Virus record (IMG/VR): IMGVR_UViG_3300042923_000241
Location: 13,757-77,756 of that record
Strand: one strand, 5' to 3'
From: a virus
DNA: 64,000 nucleotides
In this document: positions 19,349 through 28,528 of the stretch, piece by piece
How the letters are laid out: every line of letters starts with the position of its first letter
How positions within the stretch are numbered: the stretch's first letter is position 1
Notes under the pieces: model-generated
Database searches by the model: none
Told to the model about the DNA's origin: nothing
What the model saw: the letters and a program-made list of their open reading frames with translations, nothing else
Made by a program: the position numbers and the translations under genes

Positions 19349-20122
19349 TCAGATAGTCAATGATTTCAGCTTTTCAATTACAGATTTTGCAGCGTATCTG
19401 CCGTTGCCGTTTAACATTCTGACCCATGCCATACGGCTAGGCGACCATTTGAAACCCCATGATTTCAGCAGTGATCTGATTTCGTCAGACGGTTTGCCGT
19501 CAAAGATAAACTGACAGCGATTGTCTTCCTCTTGATAGGTAAAGCCTTCATGCTTGACGGAAACTGGTTGACGTTCAACTTTTGCTTGCAGTTCTTCCAT
19601 GCGTTTTTTCGTTGCTCTGATAGTTGCGCCGTTGTTGGTGATTGTGTAACTTGCATAACCATATTGGCAACAATGGCTAGGTTTTTTCAATTCGGCAATT
19701 TGCGAATCAGTATAGCCGAGAGTGCGTAGCCCGTCAATGTCATTCTTTTTAAGCAGTTTATTCGCTTGTTTCATGCGCTCCTGTAGTGCTTCTAACTTTT
19801 CAAGTTTCGCTTGCAGTTTACTGATTGCGTCCTCATCGTCAGAGGATATGCCACCTTTGCCGACAGAAGCGGCTTTGTCTTCATAATGCTTGGCTTTATC
19901 GGAAGCTTCAAATGCCTTGCCGAACGTGTTGTGTATTTTGTTTCTAAAATTTCTGTCTCTGCTTTCGGAGTGATGACCCACTAAGATTGGTTGACCGAAA
20001 GGAATACATTCTGCCATTTTGTGTGCTTTTTGATAGAGTTGATTGGAGTCCTTGTTGGCTGATTCTGCTCTGCCTAAATACCTTTGGCGACGATCTTCTA
20101 GTTTTTGCTCGTATGCGTTCAT
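19349..20122 (-). CDS. DUF3560 domain protein
   Basis: IPFGQPILVGHHSE, ISSDDEDAI, FDGKP...GFKWSPSRMAWVR. Confidence 0.88.
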   Translation of the reverse strand: MNAYEQKLEDRRQRYLGRAESANKDSNQLYQKAHKMAECIPFGQPILVGHHSESRDRNFRNKIHNTFGKAFEASDKAKHYEDKAASVGKGGISSDDEDAISKLQAKLEKLEALQERMKQANKLLKKNDIDGLRTLGYTDSQIAELKKPSHCCQYGYASYTITNNGATIRATKKRMEELQAKVERQPVSVKHEGFTYQEEDNRCQFIFDGKPSDEIRSLLKSWGFKWSPSRMAWVRMLNGNGRYAAKSVIEKLKSLTI

Positions 20123-20245
20123 TTGTTTTTCCTCCTTACATTCTATGCTTCTTTCAGTAACCTTTTGGAGTAATTTTTTTGCCTCCTACTAAATGCCTAT
20201 ACAACTTCAATATAGACACTTAGCAAGCGGCAAAAACCGCTGCTT

Positions 20246-20623
20246 TTAAGCTGCTTTTCTGTATGTGTCGAGATAAAATTCTAAGTCTGCCGGAGATATG
20301 TCGTTATTAATTGCCTTGTCAATAACTACAGTGTAAGGCGTGCGTTTGTCGTTTATCGGCAGATAGTCCTGCATAATTAGCTTAGATTCATCATCGGCTA
20401 ACCAATTGAGAGAAACGCCGAGTATTTTCGCTAACTTAATAAGTGTTTCTAAACTGGGTTTCTTTCTGTCTGTTTCGAGGTGGTTCACGAATGAACGACT
20501 AAGCCTGAGTGCCTTGCCGAGTTCTTCCTGTGTAAGGTCTAGTTGCTTTCTAGCAAGATGGATTCTTTCGCCGAGTGACATATAGTCGATTGATGTGTTA
20601 ATTCCTCTTTGACATAGCTTCAT
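20246..20623 (-). CDS. XRE-family HTH regulator (repressor-like)
   Basis: LGERIHLARKQLDLTQEELG...ETDRKKPSLETLIKLAKILGVSLNWL. Confidence 0.9.
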   Translation of the reverse strand: MKLCQRGINTSIDYMSLGERIHLARKQLDLTQEELGKALRLSRSFVNHLETDRKKPSLETLIKLAKILGVSLNWLADDESKLIMQDYLPINDKRTPYTVVIDKAINNDISPADLEFYLDTYRKAA

Positions 20624-20900
20624 TGTTCAATACCTCCATTGATATATTTTAATTTGTCATATTGTTATTTAAGGTGTGTTTTGTGTCAACTAGCAAAAAC
20701 CTGCTTTTCCTACGCGAGTAGTATTCAGTCCTGGAATCTGCTAGTGGACACGTTGCGGCTTTGCAGTTAGTCGCCAACTATAAGGGTTCCTGCTATCGCC
20801 TTTACTCGCGGACTTTAGACCGCCGTTGGTAGGGTTACAGGGAGCCGAGTTAATCGGCTTGATGCCAGAGAGATACAGGCGGTTAGCCATGTACTCTGCG

Positions 20901-21131
20901 TTAGTAAATCGAGTTTATCAACTCTTGTATGTGGCTATTGTATTCTTTACTCTTTTGCTCTACAAAAGCATCTTCTAAGCTGTCATCGTTCCACAGTGCA
21001 GAGTCCATTTTCTGTAGTTCTGCGATTTCTGTTTTTACTTTTTGCTCAGTCTTTTTATCTACACTAATTTTTGCTCTGTTTGCTAATTGACGTTGCCAGT
21101 GTATCCTCATAAATGTTTCGCCAGTTGCCAT
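20901..21131 (-). CDS. small hypothetical protein
   Basis: AAGGAG RBS just 3' of the ribozyme; ATG at 21131. Confidence 0.6.
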   Translation of the reverse strand: MATGETFMRIHWQRQLANRAKISVDKKTEQKVKTEIAELQKMDSALWNDDSLEDAFVEQKSKEYNSHIQELINSIY

Positions 21132-21148
21132 AGACTTAACTCCTTTCG

Positions 21149-21203
21149 GCAGGACTTGTGACCTGCTCCTGTGCATTACCGGCCCGAAGGCCGTCACTCT
21201 GCG
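21149..21203 (-). ncRNA. twister self-cleaving ribozyme (circularly permuted, P5-type)
   Basis: minus strand CGCAGAGUGAC-GGCC-UUCG-GGCC-GGUAAUGC-ACAGGA-GCAGGUCACAAGUCCUGC has the twister cores UAAUGC, GGUCNCAAGNCC and GCAGAG, with a UCAC/GUGA pseudoknot. Confidence 0.7.
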
Positions 21204-21409
21204 ATTAGCTCAAAGTGTGGAATGTCATAGTCTGAATAGCAAAACTGCTGAATTTTACCTATTTCCATTGCGGCCTTTAACTCAGGGTCTTCATTAGCCA
21301 GAGCTTTAAGCCACTTGCTAATAGTAACCGCCATCGGATCAAATGCTGAGTTTCTGCATCTCTGGAAAACAATATTGTTTATGTTATTAACTTTTTCTTG
21401 CAATGTCAT
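21194..21409 (-). CDS. first gene of the leftward operon, hypothetical
   Basis: GGAGG RBS; immediately downstream of a strong promoter. Confidence 0.6.
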   Translation of the reverse strand: MTLQEKVNNINNIVFQRCRNSAFDPMAVTISKWLKALANEDPELKAAMEIGKIQQFCYSDYDIPHFELIAE

Positions 21410-21455
21410 CCTTACCGCCTCCGTTTGCTTCTTTCGTTCTCTTTATCTTGATATA

Positions 21456-21484
21456 AGTATAGCATAAGTGCTAGCACAATGCAA
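21456..21484 (-). promoter_or_regulatory. sigma-A promoter of the leftward operon with a palindromic operator
   Basis: TTGCAT-17-TATACT with an extended TG; GTGCTAGCAC palindrome in the spacer. Confidence 0.7.
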
Positions 21485-21518
21485 GCATAATTTAAGATAA
21501 AAAAATAGGAACTTTATC

Positions 21519-21698
21519 CTATTTCAATAAATTTTCAATCTCAGAAATGTATTTTTCTATAGCTGCCTTGGCGAAACTATTCTCACTGTAGTTAGCACCT
21601 GGACGGGACTTATTCAGTAGATCAGTCGCCTTCTGGATTCGATCTTTAATGTCTGAGTCTGCCGGGAATCTGGCATATATGACTGTGTACTTTGCCAT
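21519..21698 (-). CDS. ribbon-helix-helix-like regulator (59 aa; not in track)
   Basis: GAGGTG RBS; MAKYTVIYARFPADSDIKDRIQKATDLLN...SENSFAKAAIEKYI (strand-helix-helix pattern). Confidence 0.6.
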   Translation of the reverse strand: MAKYTVIYARFPADSDIKDRIQKATDLLNKSRPGANYSENSFAKAAIEKYISEIENLLK

Positions 21699-21827
21699 GC
21701 TGTCACCTCATACAGATTAGAGTATTAGCTCAATGATAGCACTTTGTTAGCATGTTGGCAAGAGGTTGCTAGTAATGGTATTTTGGTGGCTGGCAGCATA
21801 TAAGAATAGAGAGGGAGATAAGGCAAT

Positions 21828-22001
21828 ATGATTGATCGTAACAAATATCCTATATTGGGTTATGCGCCTGGGGATTATTTCTGTATATGCTGTATCTGTA
21901 ACCAACAGTTTATAGGCGATAAGAGAGCAGTACACTGTGAGCCTTGTGCTGTTAAGGGGCAACAGAGACTGATAGAGAATAGTATGGGGGCAGGGATATA
22001 A
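21828..22001 (+). CDS. small zinc-finger protein (not in track)
   Basis: GYAPGDYFCICCICNQQFIGDKRAVHCEPCA. Confidence 0.6.
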   Translation: MIDRNKYPILGYAPGDYFCICCICNQQFIGDKRAVHCEPCAVKGQQRLIENSMGAGI

Positions 22002-22490
22002 TGATCGACCACATAACGAATAACATAATGAATAACATTACAACAATAAATGATGGGTTTAATAAATACCCACTACTATACGCATTGATTATTTTGCTCT
22101 TTATTTCTCCAATCATTGGAGATGACGACTTCGATTAAATTGTTTGCGGATTAGACACAATTTAGATGTGGTTGAGAAATGTTAAAACGGATAGTTTAAA
22201 TGAGTGTTTAAAAACAAATGCTATTCATCGCGTTTCCTACCATGTGTATTGTCAAGTAAAACTACTTGACACCTATATATTTTATATTGTCAAGTAAAAG
22301 CGGTTTACGGACACAGCCTAGCATCAAACTAAAGTGGCATATCGCACACTTGACGCTCGGTTAATCAGATCAAAGTCACACTAAGCAGCAGTATTTGTAG
22401 TGTCAGCCGTGGACATTGCCTGATTTTACTTGTTATTGTTAACACATAATCATAGTAAACCCTGCAAGCCTTGATATTGCTGGATTCGTC

Positions 22491-22518
22491 TGTTTACACA
22501 ATCAATATTATCGGACGC
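22491..22518 (-). other. dif-like XerC/XerD recombination site
   Basis: minus strand GCGTCCGATAA-TATTGA-TTGTGTAAACA, 11-6-11 layout; right arm matches 9/11 to the Firmicute dif arm TTATGTAAACT as recalled. Confidence 0.6.
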
Positions 22519-22737
22519 AAACAGTTGTTCTGATTAATGCAATGCCAGCCGGGGCGGTGAGATTCGCCATTCCAAACGCCGGTACTTTGCTGGCAGCGGG
22601 GCGGGTATTGCGCTGGCGTGATATGCGTGTTAAAAATCCGTTATAAATAAAACTCAATAGAAAATTCAACCAATCCATATAAAACGTGGGTTGGTTTTCT
22701 TTTTGCCCATATGTTAAACAACAGAGAGGTGAACCCA

Positions 22738-23382
22738 ATGCCATCGATGCCGCCTGTTCCTGGCAAAGACGTACACAACCCCTTACAAGGTATGCAGCAA
22801 TCAAAAATAGACTTCTATGGATTAGGTGAAATAGTCAAGAAATATCGCTTTGCCAATATGGGCTACGTTGATATTGCTAACCGGCTTAATATGGATCACC
22901 TTGCAGACGGCTGTCCGACAATCTCAACAATGGCTGTTCAACGTTGGTGTAAGAAGAATATCCGTGATGAAGACAACCCTGATTGCAGGGAGAATCAAGA
23001 ACAGGCTATTAACATCTACGGTGAGAAACGCGATGTTCTTAATTCGATTCAAGATCAAATTGATACTATCAATCTTTACATGGATCAACTGAATAAGATG
23101 GTCAAAGAAAAAGGCGATGTTATCAAATTATCTGGACTGATTAAAGATCAGTCTTTTTTAATGCTCAAATGGCTGGCTCAGAAACAGATGATGCTAAAAG
23201 ATGTCGAAACAACTCAGGACAAGATTTACAACTTCAACAATTTTAATAAGGCTTTGACTATCATCACTGATATGATTAAGGCGAAGGATGTTGCGTTGTA
23301 TGCCGACATACTGTCTGAGTTGAGTAAAGACCAACAAGTAGTTGAGATGTTGAGGTCGATTGAACCTGAGAAGAAAAAATAG
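22738..23382 (+). CDS. putative terminase small subunit
   Basis: N-terminal HTH (YVDIANRLN...ISTMAVQRW) plus helical C-terminus; first gene of the late rightward block. Confidence 0.45.
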   Translation: MPSMPPVPGKDVHNPLQGMQQSKIDFYGLGEIVKKYRFANMGYVDIANRLNMDHLADGCPTISTMAVQRWCKKNIRDEDNPDCRENQEQAINIYGEKRDVLNSIQDQIDTINLYMDQLNKMVKEKGDVIKLSGLIKDQSFLMLKWLAQKQMMLKDVETTQDKIYNFNNFNKALTIITDMIKAKDVALYADILSELSKDQQVVEMLRSIEPEKKK

Positions 23383-23536
23383 CTTGTTGGCGAATTGTTG
23401 GCAGTAGGTATATTTAAACGATTTACATGCCGAAAAACCTACAAGCCTTGTGGTTGTTGGCGTGAAGGCTATTTTTCTTACATTGAGTTTTGCACCTAAG
23501 ACTTTGCTCGTTGGATGGGGTGATAGAGGGGATTGA

Positions 23537-24046
23537 ATGGATGAATCCTTATTGGAATTTATCAATAGGAATGTCAACGCCACTAATGCCAATGTTGCAA
23601 TATCGCGTGAATTTGCAGGAAACGGTAGAGAGCATATCTATATTAGTGTTGATGGCAAGCCTTGGTATAACTTTTGGCATGACCCGAACAAGAGCAAGAG
23701 TAGAGATTCACCCAAGCATTCTGGTGGCAAGAAACCTTATGTTATGGTGATGACAGAAAAGATAGACGAGTTAAAGAAAAACGGCATAAAGAACGTCGAA
23801 GAAATGATTGGTTTTTTGGTCTGTCTTGGAAAGTATATTGAATGGAATACCGGCAGGCTGATTAACGTTAGAAGCAAAAAATCGTTGCTGTACGCTGACA
23901 TACAAAAGATTTACGGTTGCAGCAATAACAAGCTAAATCGAATACTTGCTGAACTAAAAGAGCATGACCTTCTGTTAAATGCGGCAGAGGGTTATTTTGT
24001 TTCACGTTCTTTGATTAAAAAAGGGAAAAGCAAAAATAAGGAATAG
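23537..24046 (+). CDS. winged-HTH DNA-binding protein (Rep-like)
   Basis: C-terminal DIQKIYGCSNNKLNRILAELKEHDLL...YFVS...KKG. Confidence 0.45.
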   Translation: MDESLLEFINRNVNATNANVAISREFAGNGREHIYISVDGKPWYNFWHDPNKSKSRDSPKHSGGKKPYVMVMTEKIDELKKNGIKNVEEMIGFLVCLGKYIEWNTGRLINVRSKKSLLYADIQKIYGCSNNKLNRILAELKEHDLLLNAAEGYFVSRSLIKKGKSKNKE

Positions 24047-24283
24047 AATCAGCAGGAGGAAAGCAATGAAAGTTTACATTTGTTCACTAATATGGGACTA
24101 CAACGTAGTTTATGGCGGCAACGGAGAAAAAGAAAACGTTCCCAATGGGACAAGAATCGAAGCCGAAATAACGTATCCTGCAACAGAAAAAACGGCAAGC
24201 GTAACTTTTAGAGGAACGGTCAAACACAAAGATAGAATCTGCGATATGAACGAAGCGAAGAAAATCGTGGAGGGTATTATAAA

Positions 24284-24649
24284 ATGAGTAGTCCAATGTG
24301 GGATTGGTTCGGCTTAACTCGCGCTTCTTATCTAGTCTTACCGCGAACATTACTTTGCGGTATGCCCGAAGAATGGCAAGAGAAATTCGCTAATATGCTT
24401 GATGAAATGCGAGAAGTCTACGACTGTAGTCAAATTCAAGATAATTACACAGTTCAACTTCGCGGTGAAAATAATCGCTTTATTAGTGACCCATTGCGAA
24501 ATTACAGGCATCCTCCTGAGTTGCCATATAGGAAACGAGAAGGCAATAATTGCCCGTTTCCTGATGGTTGCAACGAACGTAAAACCTGCACTAAAACAGA
24601 ATGTAATGCCGATGTGTGTTCTAACGGATACGCATACAGGATGAGTTAA
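24284..24649 (+). CDS. conserved phage hypothetical protein
   Basis: WFGLTRASYLVLPR...MPEEWQ motif. Confidence 0.6.
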   Translation: MSSPMWDWFGLTRASYLVLPRTLLCGMPEEWQEKFANMLDEMREVYDCSQIQDNYTVQLRGENNRFISDPLRNYRHPPELPYRKREGNNCPFPDGCNERKTCTKTECNADVCSNGYAYRMS

Positions 24650-25047
24650 CTTAAAGGAGAATAACAATGAAAATCTGTTGTTGTTCACTAGCAGGAACGT
24701 CTGCTTGTGATAAATGCCAAACAAATGACAAGCCAAACAAATACGAGCAAGCCTTCATTGACTTGCCTGACCACTTGATGAAAGAGATTAGCGACTTAAT
24801 TGGTAAAGGAGAATCAGAATGATTAACGGCGTTGCTCATCTAACATCACCTCTAGGGAGCGAGGGAGAATTTCACAAAAACGTGCTTGAAGCAATTCGCA
24901 AACATCAAGAAGTTGGGTTGGAAGTTGAAATTCATTATCAACATACGGCAAATGGATATTCGGCATTGATTATAGGAAGAACAAAGTCCTAACCGCCAAA
25001 AGCGGTATTTTTTATGACTAAAATTCTAATCAAAGGAGGTACAAAAC

Positions 25048-26253
25048 GTGACATTATTGCCTGAATACAATCAGCAACACGGAGAAAAACTCCTTGATTG
25101 GAAATATCGGCTTATATTCGGCAAGGCAAAGAAAGATGTCAAACTGAGTTGGGACGAAATCAGCGAATTGCTTGGCATTGGCTGTAGTGGCGAGTATCTT
25201 AGAAAAATCGCATACGGCGTACTTGAATACGCTGAACATCAAAAGTCGAAATACAAAGATACTGATAAAACCCCTATTGAACAAATGAAGATCGACGACA
25301 TGGAATCTAAACGGCTTACTATGGAACGCGAGAAAATGCGTATGCAAGACCAAAAGCGCGAATTAAATAACCTGCTACGCGAATACGCTAGAGCCGAGCA
25401 CATTAAAGAAGAAATAAAAACGGCTGTGGCAGAGTTGGCGAACTCCAAACCGTTAACCGTCAATATCAAGGTGACTAAAAGCGGAACAAGAGAAGCTGTT
25501 TTATTGTTGTCGGATTGGCATAAAGGTCAAAACATAGCAAATCATTGGAATCTGTTTAATGACGTTGAATTTAAGCGACGCATAGAAACATTGGTCAGTA
25601 AAGCGATTGCCTACTGCCACGAAAACAACGTGCGTCGAATCAACGTATTTGCGCTTGGTGACATGATTAACGGTTTAATTCGTGCTACTGCGAGGATCAA
25701 CAATACCGAGGATAGTATCAGACAGGTAATGGCGGTATCGGAAACACTTGCCGGAATACTAATCGCATTGGCAGAAGAATTCGACGAAGTGAGACTGTTC
25801 TGTTCAAGGGGAAACCACGACAGAGTAACGCCGAATATAAAAGAAAGCATCTCGAAAGAATCCTTCTTTGACATTATCCCTTGGTTCTTGCAAGCGAGAC
25901 TAGGACACATCAAGGCGATTCAAATAGTGCCGAACGAGTACGATGACGAAATCATTGTAACTGAGATATGCGGACAAACCGTATTTGGCGTACACGGAAA
26001 TCGTGATAAAGTCGGAAACGTAGTTCAAAATCTTGCGCTGATGATTAAAAAGTTTCCTGATGTGGTCGTGTCGGCGCATCTTCACCACAACATTGAGGAT
26101 GAAATTCACGGTTGCGATGTAGTGGTTAATTCTTGTCTATGTGGTACGGACAACTACGCAAAAGAGATTCGCGCAACAGCAAAGGCGGCACAGAAGTTGC
26201 TTATTTTTGATAGCAACGAAGGTAGGCTCTGTACTTACAATATTAAACTTTAG
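25048..26253 (+). CDS. calcineurin-like metallophosphoesterase with N-terminal HTH/coiled coil
   Basis: SDWH, GDMING, GNHD, HG, AHLHH motifs. Confidence 0.88.
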   Translation: MTLLPEYNQQHGEKLLDWKYRLIFGKAKKDVKLSWDEISELLGIGCSGEYLRKIAYGVLEYAEHQKSKYKDTDKTPIEQMKIDDMESKRLTMEREKMRMQDQKRELNNLLREYARAEHIKEEIKTAVAELANSKPLTVNIKVTKSGTREAVLLLSDWHKGQNIANHWNLFNDVEFKRRIETLVSKAIAYCHENNVRRINVFALGDMINGLIRATARINNTEDSIRQVMAVSETLAGILIALAEEFDEVRLFCSRGNHDRVTPNIKESISKESFFDIIPWFLQARLGHIKAIQIVPNEYDDEIIVTEICGQTVFGVHGNRDKVGNVVQNLALMIKKFPDVVVSAHLHHNIEDEIHGCDVVVNSCLCGTDNYAKEIRATAKAAQKLLIFDSNEGRLCTYNIKL

Positions 26254-26262
26254 AGGTGAATA

Positions 26263-26643
26263 ATGAAATACCGAGTTATCGCGGTTGACTTCGACAAGAC
26301 AATTGCCGAAAGCAATTACCCCCATTGCGGAACGGTCATTCCGAAAGCCGGAGAAGTCCTGCGAAAATATCACAGCGCAGGCGGTCAGATTATCATATGG
26401 ACTTGCAGAACGAGCGGCGATTTAGACAACGCTGTTCGTTTTTTAATTGACAACAACGTGCCATTTGACGCCGTAAACGAACACCTTCCTTGGCAGATTG
26501 AAGAGTTTCACAAATTATTCCCGCACGTTAACCCTGACGGGCGCAAACTATCTGCCGATTTGTACATCGACGACAAAGACCCGTATTCGCAACTTCTAGG
26601 TTATGTTAATTGGTCACTCGTTGAAAAACTGTTGGAGGTATAG
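26263..26643 (+). CDS. HAD-superfamily phosphatase
   Basis: DFDKTI, WTCR, K..ADLYIDDK. Confidence 0.85.
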   Translation: MKYRVIAVDFDKTIAESNYPHCGTVIPKAGEVLRKYHSAGGQIIIWTCRTSGDLDNAVRFLIDNNVPFDAVNEHLPWQIEEFHKLFPHVNPDGRKLSADLYIDDKDPYSQLLGYVNWSLVEKLLEV

Positions 26644-26645
26644 CA

Positions 26646-27206
26646 ATGTTAGTTTTGTTACTTTCTGGCAAAGCACAATCAGGCAAGGATACCTTGGCTG
26701 AGTTTGTCAAAGAATACGCTGAACTTGTCGGCAAGAAAGCACAGCGTATCGCCTACGCTGACGCAGTAAAGGAACTCGCCTATCAGTTCGGCTGGGATGG
26801 TCAAAAAGATGAAAAAGGTCGCAGACTCCTGCAACTCATCGGGACAGAAGTCGGCAGAGGATACAACCCTAACATTTGGATTGACAAAGGGGTTGAAAAG
26901 CTAAAAACAGCACAACTCAACGGCGTTGATATTGTCTGTATCACTGATTGCCGGTATCCGAACGAAATTGAAGCTATCAAGTCGCTTGAATGGGTGCTAG
27001 GCAAGGTTGTCACTGTCAGAATAGAGCGTCATGGTGCGGGTGCTGGCGAAAATGCGAATCATGTCAGCGAGACTTCACTTGATGATTGGCAATTTGACCA
27101 TACAGTAGAAAACGACACTTCATTATGGTGTTATCGAGAAAACACATTTTGGTTGTTGTCCGATTTAATGGAGGAACAAAATGAATCAGTCAAAGCGACT
27201 AGCTGA
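26646..27206 (+). CDS. deoxynucleoside monophosphate kinase-like P-loop kinase
   Basis: SGKAQSGKDT, RRLLQLIGTE, TDCRYPNE, HVSE. Confidence 0.85.
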   Translation: MLVLLLSGKAQSGKDTLAEFVKEYAELVGKKAQRIAYADAVKELAYQFGWDGQKDEKGRRLLQLIGTEVGRGYNPNIWIDKGVEKLKTAQLNGVDIVCITDCRYPNEIEAIKSLEWVLGKVVTVRIERHGAGAGENANHVSETSLDDWQFDHTVENDTSLWCYRENTFWLLSDLMEEQNESVKATS

Positions 27207-27889
27207 CTTTGCAAAATCAAAAACATTCTTTGATGGCATAAAGCAAGCTACGCAAAGTGAACCTTTAGTCATAAACGGCATTGAATATGAAATTCTTGGT
27301 GTTTCGAATAACTTTGACGATGCAACTTGTATTACAGCTAGGCGAGTTGAAATACCGTTTGCGGAGGATTGAAAGATGAACTTTAATTATGGCGAATTAA
27401 CCTTGATTTGGGACGCTCTTGAAAGACTTCCTAGGTCCTACAGGATATCATACAGGGATGGCAAGGTGAAGTTTGACCCTGTTAGTGTGGACGATGTTAA
27501 GAAGAAGGTCATGGCGTTAGCGAAAGAAATTGAAGAACAGGGAGAGACAAAACAATGAACATAGAAACCTTAAAAGCCAAAACCGCTAATATTGTTGGCG
27601 AAGATAAAATTCATATGCAGATTCGCGTTCCAAAAGTAACTGACGAGAATCGCAAAGACTATGAAAAATGGCTAAAACAGACTGAAAAACTAGGCATTGG
27701 ATTTGGCAAATATGATGAACTGTTTCAAGGGAAACGAGAATAACACGCAACAAAAACACTTCTTACAGGAGATAATCACAATGACACTAGCAGAAATCAA
27801 GCCAAAACCAGTAAAAAAGCCGTTAAATCGGAAGAAAATGCTGAAAGAATCGCTCGAATATAGCGAAAAGATGGAGGAATACGAGGACA

Positions 27890-28168
27890 ATGGACACTCT
27901 GAAGATCAGCAAGATTAAAAAAGCAATTGAAGATACGAGAGGCAACGGAAACACAATGTTTCTAACCCATGCCGTTCAATTCAGCGTTGCAGATATGGTA
28001 GTTATGTCGGAAACGGAAAAGCGATTTTATAATAAACACGGATTTCAGAACCTTGTAAGGCTTGATGAAATTGCCACTGACAGACCGTTCGTTCTTGATA
28101 ACGGCGTTGTTTTTGAAGCAATAAACGAAGCGTTAGAATTAATCGAAAGACTGCGAGGTGATGCCTAA
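27890..28168 (+). CDS. hypothetical protein (paralog of 28169-28492)
   Basis: shares AI...RGNG and DN.V.F.AI.EAL..IE.L. Confidence 0.6.
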   Translation: MDTLKISKIKKAIEDTRGNGNTMFLTHAVQFSVADMVVMSETEKRFYNKHGFQNLVRLDEIATDRPFVLDNGVVFEAINEALELIERLRGDA

Positions 28169-28492
28169 ATGCAAAAGCTGATTCAGATTCAGAACGCGAT
28201 TAAAGCCGCTAGAGGTAATGGCAAATATAAAGTAGACAACGATGTTCTGTTTGCGGCGATTGACGAAGCGTTGGACAGAATTGAGGAATTGGAAGAACAT
28301 ATTGACTGTTTAGAAACGTGTTCTGACGAGTGTAGTGTTTGTCGGTATGACGAGAACAATAACATTTGCGATGATGATAAGGAAGAAAATGACGGTAGCA
28401 AGTTTATTTATGAAAATGACACCGTTTTCAAATATGATGCCGAGTGCGATTGCGATAGGTGCAAGGCGATTAGGGAGAAACAGGCTGAATAG
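28169..28492 (+). CDS. hypothetical protein with Cys-rich tail
   Basis: GAGGTG RBS; paralogous N-terminus. Confidence 0.6.
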   Translation: MQKLIQIQNAIKAARGNGKYKVDNDVLFAAIDEALDRIEELEEHIDCLETCSDECSVCRYDENNNICDDDKEENDGSKFIYENDTVFKYDAECDCDRCKAIREKQAE

Positions 28493-28528
28493 CAACCGAG
28501 AGGTTGTTTTTTTATTGGTGGTGATACC

